A stretch of 64,000 bases of DNA, taken from contig OZ316893.1 in NCBI GenBank assembly GCA_973895155.1, positions 16,088,645 to 16,152,644 on the forward strand, given 5' to 3'. The stretch's first letter is position 1. The number at the start of each line of letters is the position of its first letter. The stretch is from Marsupella aquatica (Eukaryota; Plantae; Marchantiophyta). The position numbers and the translations under genes were made by a program. Below are positions 12,521-26,100 of the stretch, in pieces. The notes beneath the pieces are model-generated. The model saw only the letters and a program-made list of their open reading frames with translations, did not search any database and was not told the origin of the DNA.

Positions 12521-14778
12521 ATTCAGAAAGTACCCGGAGAAAGTATTCTAGGTTCATTAGGTCATGGCCGTTGGCTCTCGTGCATTGACCTCCTTCTATC
12601 TGGGTGGGAGTGGGGGTGGACAAATCCAGCTCTGGGGTGATGAAGATAGGGGTAGCTGGATCCGTGGAGGAAGGGGGTTCTATTGGTGCTGGGGCGGGGG
12701 ATGTAGGTGCTTCCTCGACTGGGGCTACCTGCTCGGGGTCAGCTTCAACAGGGTTGGCCGTGACAGTTTCCCGAGCTTGGTTTTGTGCATCCAAGGTCTT
12801 GATGACTGCCGTGTCTAGCTGGTACGGAAGGAGGGGCTCCAGTAGTTGGCTGTAGGGTCAAGATGGAGGCGAAAGCCACGGGTGCTGGGCTTTGGGCCGG
12901 GTTGGGGCCGTCTCTCCTGAGCTAGAAAGACCCACCTTGTCGGGCTGAGTTCAGGCTTGTTGCACCAAGGAAGGGTTCGGCGATCAAAATGGGCGTACCA
13001 TTCTATGATAATCTTGATGTGGCTTGCAAGGTACGCCTTTCCCCAAGGTATAAGGTCTTCCTTTGTCATTCCATCTCCTTGTGGAACTTCTTGACAAAGA
13101 AAGAAGCCAACGGATATCTCTCCTCGTGGCTCCATCATGTGGAGCGCATACCTTTGGAACTCTAGCCGCTCTACTATCTATGGGATGAGGCATGTCTGCA
13201 TGAGGAAGCCGTTGTTCACCAAACCTTCAAGTGGGAAGCTAGAGGATTGGTACTTGGCTCCCTTGCCCCCTGGTGCCTGTGATTCTACCTGATTTTGTCC
13301 TTTGGGTAGGCCAAAGACGAGCTTAAGCCGTGCCTCGTTCAAGGACATCACTCGTCCGTGCGCACGGTTCTGTTGATGGGATTTGTCAAAGTTTTGGATA
13401 AACTCTATCATGTTTTGCCCGTAATACCTGCAAGTGTTCCAAGGAAGAGCGGCAAGGTGCTCAAACCCTTGGGTTTTCACGTAACATGCATGCTTTGGGT
13501 GGAGAATGTTTTTGTGAACATTCTCCCGCATTTGATGAATGATCAACTTGGCCACTACAATGGTAGCCACTGGTAAGCCGGATACTGAGGCTGGCTCCTT
13601 CCACTTCTTACCCCAAGATTGGTTTCCGGGGTGACTTGTTGAGAGGGACAACTCCCCGTCTTCCTTATCCGGTGGTGGCGGTATTGTCACTGCCGTCAGT
13701 ACTGGTGTCGTGGTCGTGACCATCACTGTGTTGTCTACCTAGGCCGCCTCCTAGGTTTGGACTTGCTGGGATGGTGGGGTGGTACCCGTCCTGGGTTGGT
13801 GGGTTCTCAATGGTCTACGGATAAGTGGTGGAGGAACTTCCTCATCCTCCAAGCTCAGGTTGACCGCGTTCAACACGGATTGCACCCAAGCGGGTGGTGC
13901 AACTGGTGGTGGAGAGCGGCTTGAGGGTGCTCGGGGTGGCCTCTGCGCCGGTCTTGGTACTAGTGAGTTGGCCGCCAGTGCTGCTGGAGTAGGTGCCATA
14001 GGACCTAGAGTTCCAGATGGGAACACTACTACATATTGGCCCCTTTTGCGAAGCTTTTTTTTTACGTCGGGATGGTCTGCGATGTCATCAACTTCAGATA
14101 TTTTGTGATCAAACACGCATCACAATAAACCATGCTCAAAGGTTTGCAACATAGTGTTGCGAAGCTAAATACCTCGCAATTTGTTTGAGATTGGATTGAA
14201 TTCGCAACTCTTTCAGATACTATTCGTCTCGCAAAGTATTTGTGGATCCGCGACCATTGCGACTGCATTTGGATCTCTTTTGTTTCATAATTTAGCGATA
14301 ATAATGTACTCAAATATATCTTGTGAACCTATTAGCTTCGCACAATATTGTGAAGTATAAATAGTCGCAAGTTACCGAAGCCAGTTGATTCACAAAGTTG
14401 AGAACCCATTGGCATCACAATTACCGATGGTGTGTTATTCACAAAGTGTTCAGAAGTTGCTTCTTGACAAGCTTGAAAATGTTTTTGCAAAGAGAGTTGT
14501 TTGAAAAGTTTGTAGAATGGAAATGTTTGAGAGAGTTTCTTTACAAGATGGAGAATGCATGTGTTTAGGTTACAGCTAGGGTTTTCAAAAAGGTGGCATG
14601 CATGAGGATAGCTTTGGAAACGGCTAGGGTTGCATATATAACAGTGAGATGAAATTTCAAAGTCCAATTAAGTGTTTGTAAAACAAAAGAAGAAAATTAA
14701 TATGTTAATATAAATAAAACCATGATAGTTAGTTTAGGGTCAAATTTTGGGCCCACAACAAGTTTTACTACTAGTGCA

Positions 14779-17700
14779 TCAAACCTGGTCCTCATCCTCT
14801 CCTCCATTTGACACAATAATAACGTCAGGTTTTTCCGAGATAATGGAACGGGACCGTGGCACATACGGTATAACAACTGACCACTCTGGGTCTGGTGGGT
14901 ACGGAATATAGAAACACTGCTCAAGGTGAATTGGGAATGTAAATGGTTCAGATGTTTGCCAATGAGATGGTTGAAAGCTAGTTGCTGATGTCATTAGTCG
15001 AGTAAACCCACACTCATCAAGAAGTACCGTGCGATTATCACCAACCAGGTGAATTTTGAACCACTTACACTTGAAGACATACTCTTCAAATTTGGAATCG
15101 GCATCATAGGATATGATCAAGATCTCCTCAATCTTCCCATAGTGAGGCACCACATCTCTGATCACATTAGTGTCATGACGGCTACTTTGTGAATCTTGCA
15201 TGAACTGCCCTTGAACTCCACAATCAAAAGTTCTTCCCCTCTTCTCATCAAGGTCAGAAATCCTGAAATGCCTCCCTTGTGTCCACATTGTTGTTCTGGT
15301 CTGAACAAGTCTTAGAGGACCATGAACAATTGTTCGAACCTCAGGAGTCATATCTGGAAAATGTGATACATTTTCACCTTGGGCCACCATAGCATCCAAT
15401 TGAAGTACTTTCTCCTTCATATACTCAAGGAACTTTGGAAAGATCCTTGGGCGACGACTCTCCCTCTTTGCATCCTTATAAAACTCTCTCCAATCTTCCA
15501 TCACATTGCTATTACTCAACATGAAAGTACTAACCTGTGTCAACTCCACTGCGGTTAGTAAGCGTGTTTTTTTTGCACCTGTTAAACGGTCCTCCTCCAC
15601 TTCCCTCTCTTCCATCCAAGTGCGTGGACAACTAGGATCAATGGTAGCTAAGATGTTACTACAATAAAACATACTCTCAGCTGCCAAGTATCCAGTTGCC
15701 ATGCTCCCCTCCACTCGTGCACGGTTCCGTACATAAGCCTTTAACACGGCCATATACCTTTCCAGCCAATACATCCACCTACAATGCACCGAACCGGCAA
15801 TGGCAACCTCCCTCACAAGATGAACGAGAAGATGCACCTAACAATCAAAGAAGGAAGGAGGGAGGGCCTTCTCCAACTTGCATGCCACCTTTGTTGCCAA
15901 TACCTCCATCCGTGGTATCTCTTCTTCATATATTTCCTTTGAGCATATCCATCTCAACAAAGTGCCCAGTGACCAAAGGGCATCTTGCACTTCTTCACTC
16001 CCCAAACCTATGATTGCCACAGGAAGTATATGTTGTAGTAAACGATGATAGTCATGTGTCTTGAGATACATTGGCCATTTATGATTGTCCTCCATCCCAA
16101 AAGCCTTACGTAGATTGGCACCATAGCCTGTAGGAAACCGCATCTGCCCTATGCGTTGTCAAAACTCTCTTCTTTCACCAACACTCAAAACCCATGGAGC
16201 TGAAGGACGATGTTCCATCGCTGTGGATTCATCAACTGTTATCCATACATCTGGATGTCGTTCTAGATCCTGGCATGCCTCCCTAAAATTAATGTTCTTT
16301 TCCCCATAAAAGTGCTTGATCAAAGCCTTCCCAACATTTCCCTCTATATGCATGGGGTCTAACAAGTGATGAATCTTCAACTTAGGCCAATAGGGCAAAG
16401 TGGCCAGTATACTCCACCTTGTCAATCCACTACCATCAAATCCCATGGCATCTTCAGGGTCTGCCACCCTATCAGCTATGGATTTCCAATACAAAAATGT
16501 TGTGCGGTCAGGTATCTCACGCTCATCACCATTGATCATGTCAAAGTCTGAAAACAAAAGGGGGTCAGACCTCATGTGATGCCCAAGTGGAAGAAACTTG
16601 GTATGACCAAGGTAGATTATCTTGTGCAGCCATTTTGAGTACTTGGCCATATCGTGAAGGCTTGGACCACAAGTGGAGCATGCCTTGTACCCTTGAGTTT
16701 GGAACCCAGAAACAAACCCAAACCCTGCTCACAAAATAACATTCTCAATTAGAGTCAAAGGAATTGAAAAGTTCATGTACATAGAATTAAAGAGGGACTT
16801 CCTTCCAAACAAACTTGATCTCCAATACATGAAAAAAATACAAATCCATACCACTCACCTGGATAGTCATGCATGGTCCACATAATGATTCCCTTCAATT
16901 GGAAGACACGTGGTAACCCTCCTGTAGTTGTCCGACCATCATATGCCCATACACCCCCCCATAATTTATGGAGTTCCCCAACCAAGAGCGCCAAGTAGGT
17001 GTCCATGTTTTTTACCTTAGATGGACCTGGGATAATCAATGATAGCAATAAGAATCCCTTTTTCATGGACAACCATGGGGGAAGGTTGTAATTCATAACA
17101 ACCACCGGCCAAACCGAAGTAGGGCGCCCTTTCCCTCCAAGGGAGTGTGGGCTCACCCCATCTGATGCCAACTCCAACCTCACATGACGAGGGTCACGTG
17201 CAAACTCTGGCCATTGTGACTCCACATGCTTGTGAGCAGGGGAATCAACTGGCAACCGCATGACACCAGCCTCTGATCGATGTGTCTTATGCCATACCAT
17301 CAATTCTGCCAAGTCAGAACATTGGTACATGTGCAACAATCGAGGAATAATAGGAAACCAACGAACAGCTTTTCTAGGCACCTTTGAGGTCAACATGTTG
17401 GTTTCATATCGAGGCTCTTGACAAATTGGACACTTAGTTGCGCTGACATTGGTCTCATGATAGAGAATGCAGTCATTCACACAAGCATGAATGATATGGT
17501 ATTCCATGCCAATGGATGATAGAACCCTCTTTGCCTCCTTCCAAGTTCCTGGCAACACATTTTCACTGGGTAACAAGAGATCATGGCAAATTGCAAACAA
17601 ATCCGATAGTAGCGCATTGCTTGCCTTGTGTTTTGCCTGAAGATTCATCAATGCCAAGATGGCAGATAGTCTATTCAAACGAGCACCCCCATAAATAGGT

Positions 17701-19356
17701 GTTCTAGCATGTGCCTCAGCTTCTTCCCATTGTTTTTGTCCTTCAGGTGTACGTTGAGGCCTTGGATCATGTGCAACATTTGGTGGAGGATCTCCTTCAT
17801 TGGGTGGGACACCTCCTTCACCACCAATGTCTACACCAAACCAATCTGTCATGAAGTCATCCATGGCTGACTCTTGGTCTTGCATGACCTCATAATATGT
17901 CCGAGGTGCCCCTTCATCTGGACTTTCATTATCATTGTCACTTGATGAGGAATCTGTTGATGATGTTTCCCCGTCTTGTGGCAAGCCCATTTCTTGATAT
18001 GTAGCTCTCAACCTCCTTGGCAACATATCTTGACTAGGCCGCACATTCTATAGACAATACAATAAAGCATTCACAATGAAATTAACTCCAAATATAGTAG
18101 TGCTCGAAACATATTATTAACAATATAAAAAGAACATGTCATTACAAAACATACGCTCACATACGATGAACGTATAATACATGTCCCTAAAGTAATCCTA
18201 ATCCCATTCATAATGTGTAAACAACTCCTCTCCAGCCAGAATGGTCCTATTAGCTACAACTAGACAATGGTCATGATGATATCTCTGCCCATAAGGGGCT
18301 GGAGGGGGACCATCAACAAAAACCCATTCACAGTTTTTCCTACGCTTAGGCCGGGTCCCCACAGTACTGTTGATGAAACCGGCAATATTCCCACTACAGA
18401 TGGGATCACCATCAATTATACGCTGGTCACAATATTTTCTGGTGCAACCATCAAAAGTATCCATGTCCAATGCATAAGTCTTCCACTCAGGGTGTTGAAC
18501 AAGGATCATGTTCCAATGTCTCCTCTTGTAAATGGGTCCACCATACGGGAACAACGTTGGTCCATCCGAAGAGCGCCCTTTTCCACCCATATCATCCACA
18601 ATAATGTCCTGACAAGAGAAAATCCCATACCCATGCCTCTCCCCTAGGGTCGAACTCTTGACAACCCAACGTCTTCCCCAAACTTCTATCTCCTCACCAT
18701 AGGTTATATCACATGGCAAACCAAGGCACTCCGGATTCCAATCCTTTATGATAGGAACACACTTCCCTGTGAAGGTACAAGGGCCCCATCTACCATCAAC
18801 CCTACAAGTGTACTGATCCACTTCCCCTCTAGGCTGTCTTTTTGACTTTTTTTTCCCTCTTGTAACAATACCGTCACCCTGAATTGTCCCAACACTACCT
18901 TGCCCTGTTGCCACTAAACGAAAAGCTTGTGAAAGTGCCGAGCCTATAGCATCTAGAACTCCTTGTGAGGGAACATAGGGTGTTGGTGTAGTGGGTGTAG
19001 GCCTACTGGATACCTATAGGAAGAAATGGAACCAAGTGAGTGTGATGAACCTCCCAAATTTTATTTTATGCTACCTAGCAAGATTTACAAAATAAAATGG
19101 AAATCACAGTAAGTTTACAACTCACCATACGGGATGAAGAAGCTCCCGGTGTAAGACCTCGATGTTGGCCATATCGAGCAATGTGCTCCGCACATACATT
19201 TGACTTTTGGACAACCATCCCCACACATTTTTTACAATCACAAAGTTGGCGTGGTGGACCACTAGGTTGACGTACGGTTGGTTCAGGCTGAGGAGGAGGA
19301 CAACTTTCTTCATCGGAAGAGGAATCTGTGGTGGAAGTTGTAGAGGATGAAGACAT
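14779..19356 (-). pseudogene. CACTA-A TnpD-type transposase (transposase-associated domain, Transposase_21, DUF4218, DUF4216); exons 19356-19126, 18047-16859, 16724-14779; two premature stops
   Basis: Motifs IHACVNDCILY, YNLPPWL, MHDYPG, LDPMHIEGN, KTHDYH, HLLVHL, WMYWLER and VFKCKWF. GT-AG introns keep the frame (1122 codons). Stops at 16159-16161 (TGA) and 15838-15840 (TAG) are consistent with C>T changes. Confidence 0.9.
18198..19356 (-). CDS. SET-domain protein carried by CACTA-A; predicted exons 19356-19126 and 19013-18198 (348 aa)
   Basis: SET motifs VKSSTL..HGYGIFS, YGG, IDG...GNIAGFINST and VVANRTILAGEELFTHY. The ORF is uninterrupted, and a phase-0 acceptor (TTCCTATAG) at 19014 is in frame with the upstream CxCxxC...H exon. 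Confidence 0.8.
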
Positions 19357-19789
19357 CTGACAAGTATAGCAATTGGAAGGCGATTAGTAAAAACTTCACC
19401 AAAACCATCATTGATAATCCCTACCTAAACATATTAAAAAGAATTGACAGAAAAATACCTTTATGAGACCCGGGCTTAGCAATGCCTTGACGGATCTTGT
19501 GGCTCAAATTTCATGAACCAAATCTGGAAGAAGGAGGGGAAAATCTGCCAATATACAATGAATTAAGCCATGCCTTATGGTGAACCAGAAAAAAAGGATG
19601 ATAGATTGTAACCCTCCATATTTACAGCAATGACTAGAAATGCATGAGAAAATGTTATACCTTTCAGATGCCCGGGCTCTCGCAAGGCATTATCATGCAT
19701 TAGCCAAAACTTTAAAAAACATGGGGAAGTGCCCTACAACGCCAAAGAGTTTTCCACTCCATGTTAATGAGATAGAGAAAGAAATATAA

Positions 19790-20760
19790 GTAACCCAAAA
19801 CCTACCCTAAACCCAAACCATGAAATGAAACCTTCATTAAAACCTAACCCAAATCCCTCAATCACCCTAAACCCTCACCCTCACCCTAACCAATACCCAA
19901 ATCCCTCATTAAAAATTCAAACCTTTACCCTAAACCCAAACCCCTACCCTAAACCCAAACCATGAAATGAAACCCTTCATTAAAACCTAACCCAAATCCC
20001 TCAATCACCCTAAACCCTTACCCTTATCCTAACCAATACCCAAATCTCTCATTAAAAATTCAAACCTTTACCCTAAACCCAAACCCCTACCCTAAACCCA
20101 AACCATGAAATGAAACCCTTCATTAAAACCTAACCCAAATCCCTCAAGCACCCTAAACCCTTACCCTTATCCTAACCAATACCCAAATCCCTCATTAAAA
20201 ATTCAAACCTTTACCCTAAACCCAACCCAAATCCCCCAATTACATATAAAACCCTTACCCTATCTACTTTACCTATATAGGCCAACCCCCACCCCTATAG
20301 TTATTCTAAACTTCACCCTAACCCCTAAATTGAGGCCCTTTTTTAAAACTTAAGCAAAAATTGAACCCCCTCAATTAGAACCAAATCCAACCCTATATCA
20401 TGTTACACCCCAACCCAAACACTTACATTAGAAACCCAACCCCTTTAAAAAAACCACAATTAAACCCCCCAACTAAAAACCAAACCCAATCCCTTTAAAA
20501 AACAACCACAATTCAACCCCTCAACTAAAACCAAACCCAACCCCTGTAATTACTCACAACCTAATGCAAACCTCTACCTTGAACCCTAAGCCAAACCCAT
20601 TAATTTAAACCCAACCCTTTTATTCCAACCTAACCCAAGTTTTAACCCCCTTAATTAAACCAAATACTCCTAGATTAAAACCAAATATAAACCTAACCTT
20701 TAATTAAACCCAAACCTTTGTTAACTTATATTCTAGTTATCCTTACAACCCAAACATCCA
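19790..20760. repeat. Telomere-like (CCCTAAA-rich) degenerate array including ~3 tandem copies of a 142-143 bp unit
   Basis: Unit starts at 19801, 19943 and 20086; almost no G on the + strand; lies between the divergent genes of CACTA-A. Confidence 0.85.
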
Positions 20761-21215
20761 TTGACACCCCTTCCATGTTAACTTATGGGCACTTAACATA
20801 CCTTAAATGTCGTTTGACAAACCTTAATAGCCGTTTGACACCCCAAAGTGTTTTCCAACCCTAAACCGATAAGACCTGCCTCGCAAATTATTTCACAAGT
20901 TAGAGAATCTTTTTGCGAACCTACGGCCTTCGCACTTACTTCGCAAAAACAGAGGCCGAGAACAATTTTTTGGGTCTTTTGCGGGTTGCGATGGCCTTGC
21001 GAAGGGAATAGATTCGGAAGTGCCTCGCAAGTTGCGAGACTATTTACGAGGGCGCGGGCTTCGCAGTTTCCCATGCGTATGTCATCGCAAACCCATTTTT
21101 GAACGGCGTAAACATCGGCGGGAGCTCGCATTCGGGCTCATTTCAGTTTTTGAGCGAGACGAGAAGGGCAGGGGCGCGTGTGACAGTATGAGGGAGACTG
21201 TGAGAGAGGGGAGCT

Positions 21216-23165
21216 ATGGCTACCGGTGAGGGGAGTGGAGGGCAAGGTGGTAGTGGTAGTGGTAGTGGTAGTGGCAATGGGGGAAATCCAGAGAAAGAGA
21301 AGAATGCCTGGGCAGACTTAGTGGCCCAACATCTCAGTGCTGCACAATTGGGAGAAGAGAAGGCTAGAGAGAAAAAAAGGAAGAGAGAGGAAAGAACTAA
21401 GTCGGGAGTTGCCTCTCCTCAAGCCCTAGAGAAGCAGAAGAGAAGAGAGGAGAGAGATTCAATTCGAAAACAGAGGGAGGAGCAACGTCAGAAAGAGGAA
21501 GCAAGAAAAAAACTTCCATTCATTGCCTTGGAGACGAGTGGGACTCCAACTGAGCTAGCGTATGCAGGGGCTAAGAGCACAATCAAGCAGATTATCACAA
21601 GCAATTTCTCACGAGGCATGCAGTGGGGGAAGATTGAGAAGGCATAGCGAAAGAGGGTCATCAACCAAATCAAGGATGCATTTCGCAATGGGCCTGACAT
21701 AGATGAGCAATGGTTGGCAGATAAGATTTCAAATTCTATGTCTCAAATGCGATACCATGACAGGATGAAGATTAGAACCCACCTGAAAGACTTGAGATCA
21801 TACAGGAACTTGCGCAGACCCCTCCACTTCACCGAGGACATCTGGAATTCGTTTTACAAGATTGAGGTGCAAATTAAGGCAGCTCACGAGTTGGAAGAGT
21901 GGAAGGGCAATCTAGATCGAGCCTTGAAAGCAAAGGAGGCTGGGAAGCTCCCCCCTGACCACAACCTGAAGCCACTTGAGCAGAAGGTAGCTGAGATGCA
22001 GAAGGTGGCCGACCAGGAGGGAAAGCCACCCAAGCGTTTCACAGATGCAACCAAATGAGTGAAATCCACCCCCAATCCAGTCCACAAGTTGGGTCAAGGC
22101 GGGCTCCCCGGCCTCAAGTCACACTTTGTGAGTGCCTCTTGCTCCTCCCTAACCTCTCTATTCCTTTCAGAGTTGTGCAATGCAAGTGAATGACATCCCC
22201 GAATGTTCTTGCTGTTGTGCATGCTTGCTTGGTTACTAGTTTAGGGCAACTCTGACACTTAGAATTTTTGGCAAATTTTTAAAAGCTCTCGGGAACACAG
22301 TTTGCGAAGGTGCTGCGATGCGCATTTGTTCGCAAACCCCTCGCAAAGTCTATCATGGACTTTTTCCATTTCAATTTTCCGATGCCTTTGCGAACAAATG
22401 CGCATCGCAAACTCCATCGCAACGCCTTCGCAAAAAATGTGGTTCGCAAGTTGCCATGCTTATAGGTTTGCAAATTTGAATTTTGAAATTTTTTTGGGGT
22501 CGTGTTTAGTAGTTGAGGATTTAGGCGTCACTTGTGGCTATAGGGTATGCTTAAGGGCAAATTTAACCAATTTTAATTGGTTTTATGCATGGCAGTATCG
22601 GAGGTACAAAAGGAAGATATCAAAAAAGCATATTGCGGTGGCGATAGAGCATGGACGAAAGTACCTCTTTGCGATGGTAGATGCCGAGTTGGCTACTATA
22701 AGTGTCTAAGTGTGAACCATATGATTAGCATGCGAACATTGTGAGTGACCCTTTATGTCTTGCGGAAACTAATGATATGTAATGGATGCAGGATTCGGAT
22801 GAGCCTGAGGGGTCGGGTGCTGATGTGAGCAGTAGTGATGACGATGAGGGGGCTACTCCTGGTACTAGTGGTGCTCGGGGGGGAGTAGTCGTGAGGTAGG
22901 TTCTTCCCACCGTGGTAGTGGTGGTAGTTGTGTGTCATCAGCACACGTTGATGACCTGGGGGAGGAGGAGGACCCTGAGGATGAGGAGGAGGAGCAGGAG
23001 GGGCAGGAGGAGCCAGAGGAGTAGCAGGAGCAGGAGCGCCGACGGCCATCACGCACCCGTCACCAACAGGATCCCCGGAAGGATAAGGGCAAGAAGCCAG
23101 CCAAGAAGCCAACCAAGAGGAGCCGCAAGAGCCCATTCTAGTTATTTTGTAGAGATACATGCATG
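21216..23165 (+). pseudogene. CACTA-A second gene (TnpA/Ptta-like), spliced, with premature stops
   Basis: In-frame pieces 21216-21647 and 21714-22058 read on to HKLGQGG. Donor GTGAGT at 22128; further likely exons at ~22596-22675 and ~22792-23165. Acidic and basic low-complexity tail. Confidence 0.6.
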
Positions 23166-26100
23166 AGAGTGACTTGTCATGTCGGAGCTTAGGGTAGGAA
23201 GAGGCAGCATAGGTTTAGAAGGGCGGACCTAGCATCAGATATTCCCCCCTCTTGTCCATGTATAGGGTTCTTTGAAGCCCTATCATTTTGTTCATGCTTT
23301 TCCATTTTATAAAACAACAATTTTGCCTTCCACATTGGGTCCCAAGGAAAACCCCTCGCAAATAATGTATTGAATCCTCTGTGATCATAATTTTGTGAAC
23401 CCTTTAAGAACTCATTCCCATTGCACAATATAAACCCCAAGGCGTCGCACTTTTTGAGTCAATTAACTTCAGAACTTCAGATCCAAATATGTCAGGTTTT
23501 TGTGATACTTCTAGGATCGCACTTTCCTAATCGCACTAGAAGAAACCGGCCCATTCTGAGACCCTGCCTTAAGTGACTCTAATGAGACCTTGCAAAATTT
23601 GTGACTCCTAGGTTTTGGGTGTCATTATAGTTACAAGTTGTGGACTGAGTTTTGGAGAATTCTTGGGAAGTCATTTCTATAACTATTGGGGAAGTTGCAA
23701 CTATAACTAAGTTCAGCCAACAAGAATGAAGTTGTATAAGTGACTCCCTCTACAATAGAGCGTTATATATGTAAGAGAGCCTTAGGGTTTAACACCACAA
23801 TCTAACCACATTTGACCCCGCCCAACACATACCATTTAGGATATATCCTAATTTTCTTAGTTGTCAATGGGACTAAAGGAGATGCCCTCGGGATATTGTG
23901 TGAGTACGCAACTCTACAAGGTAAGTAAAGGTCCTTGGTCAATGTCAATGCTAACAGATCTCAAATATATACTCTACATTAGAGTAGACTGAATTACAAC
24001 ATATGTATGCCACAAGTTTACAAGTGTTACAACATAACAAAATAATCCCAACTAGCTAGGGTCCCACAATGGCATGCATGTAATATTAATTGGACTCATT
24101 TTTGTGTCTAAATGGGTACATTTGAAGTTATCTCCTTGGTTATCTCTAACTCTCACATATGCAAGGGCAGGTTATTTTTACTTATTGCGCGCCATGCCAT
24201 GCATACATACCGTCATGTACCCCCTCCACACATTGTTCCATCTAGATTCCTTTAATTAAAGGTTCAAAATCACCAAGAACTGGGAATGCAGCTGGAACCT
24301 CCATGTACTTGGCATGTCTACATGTTATAATTAGACATATCTGATAATGGCACCCCACACACTATGCTCATGGAATGAGCATAAGAACTTGTGACAGTCC
24401 TTACCTTAATTAATCAAGCAAGGATCTGACGGTCGTAAACTTAATCAAAGGATGATCTGACGGTTGAAAACAAATATGGGCACATTAAACCAGGTTTAGG
24501 GTTTAATGGATTCCTTCACGCCAACTCCCATTGCGCCTTGGATTCCTTTGGATTTGCGGACGAGGAGCTGATCGCGCATTCTTTGCGAGGGAAAAAAGGG
24601 GGCAGTTTGTCGATCACTAAGGCTGAAGCTGCATTGACAAATTGCAATCCCGACTGCAATGGGAGTAGTAGGAGGCAAGAAGAGCGAGTTTAGGGTGTTG
24701 CATAGACAAAACAGAATGTGAGTCGTAGGCAACATTCAGCCATTGTATGTGTTTAGCATTGATCATAGGCACTGTGGGAGGCACTGCAGGAGGCGTTTGC
24801 CACTGCGCAAGGCACTGTAGGAGGCACTTGTTCCTTCAAGCTGGGAGAGTCAATTTGACGTTCAGCTGCAACCTGGGATCGAGAACCAGGAGCTTCTCAT
24901 TGCGGTTTGGTGTGCATTTGGACTGTTCTTGCAAAGTGGGACTCCAGGCCTGGAGACATTGCATTGATCGCCTTTGGATGTACATTGCAGTCCGACTAGG
25001 AGGCTTTCAAGTGGAGCTGGGTTGGAAGTGAGTTGAAGATTGAGTTGCCATCACATTGCAATAGCGGGGGATTGTTGCTCAGCTTCACATACTGCTACGG
25101 ATTACTACGCAGCTTCAGTTTGAGCGGCTTGGTGCTGCATCAGCCCATGTAAGGCTGCAATCCCCTATCTTTGCTATGTGACCTCGCGGCTGCAAGTTTG
25201 GTTGACTTCTTTGTGCTGTGAAGCTGTTTTTGACTCAGGTTCCGGCCAAGTTTCACCAGCGCAAATTTTTCTAAACATGAGTGTGGGCTACAACTGGTGA
25301 GGTGGAAGGGATAAGAAAATGCGCTACCGTCATTGACAACATCTCAACCTTTTACAGTGAGCGCTATTGACATTCGGCCGGCTGTAAGTGTATTTCAAGC
25401 TTGACTTTAACTTGCCATCTGCATGAACCGGCTTGCAATAGATGTTGTAGCTTTTGCTTAGCTGCATTCACCTCCCAAGATGCCCCGTGACATCCAGGTT
25501 TGCACAATGAGATAATAAGGCTGAAATGATAAGGTAGTGATTGCCAATGGATAAAAAGCTTTATGAGAGTTGCTTCAACGTTCAGCTGCAAACTAGGATT
25601 AGGAACCAGGAACTTGTCGCGGCAGTCCAGCTTGTTTACTTGGAGCCGGAGCTGGAGTCAAGTTTCACATGTTTCTTGTTTAGTGACAGAGTACTTCTGA
25701 GAAATGTGACAGCCCCTGTGAGAGCTTTCGGCACCAGTGAGGTAAAGGGTGTTCTTACTCATGCAATAGTCACTTTGACCTTCTGAGTTTCAGCAAATTG
25801 AGTTTCAAGTGCGGGCACTGAGAGTTGACCTGTTTGAGCTGGGGTCACTGAGAGTTGAGCTCTTTGAGCTACGGTTACAGAGAGTTGAGCTGTTTGAGAT
25901 GCGGTCTCATAAGTGAACTAGATCCTCCCCCGTGTAAACGTCTAGCATAGTCACATGTCCAAGCTTTGCTTTTGACTCTGAATATATTCACTGTCAACCA
26001 TTGAAGGAGCTACGTGCATGAATTGTCTACTTATTGGGTTGTTTAGGGATTCAATATACAAAAATGACAACTTGAGTAAGGCAGTCTACGGAGGCGCGAA

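Noticed and set aside
19790-20760. True or interstitial telomere
   Set aside because: The repeats are degenerate, organised in a 142-143 bp unit and enclosed within CACTA-A TIRs; there is no pure (CCCTAAA)n tract.
25816-25905. CRISPR-like array
   Set aside because: These are simple ~30-bp tandem units without unique spacers, in a eukaryotic context with no cas genes.
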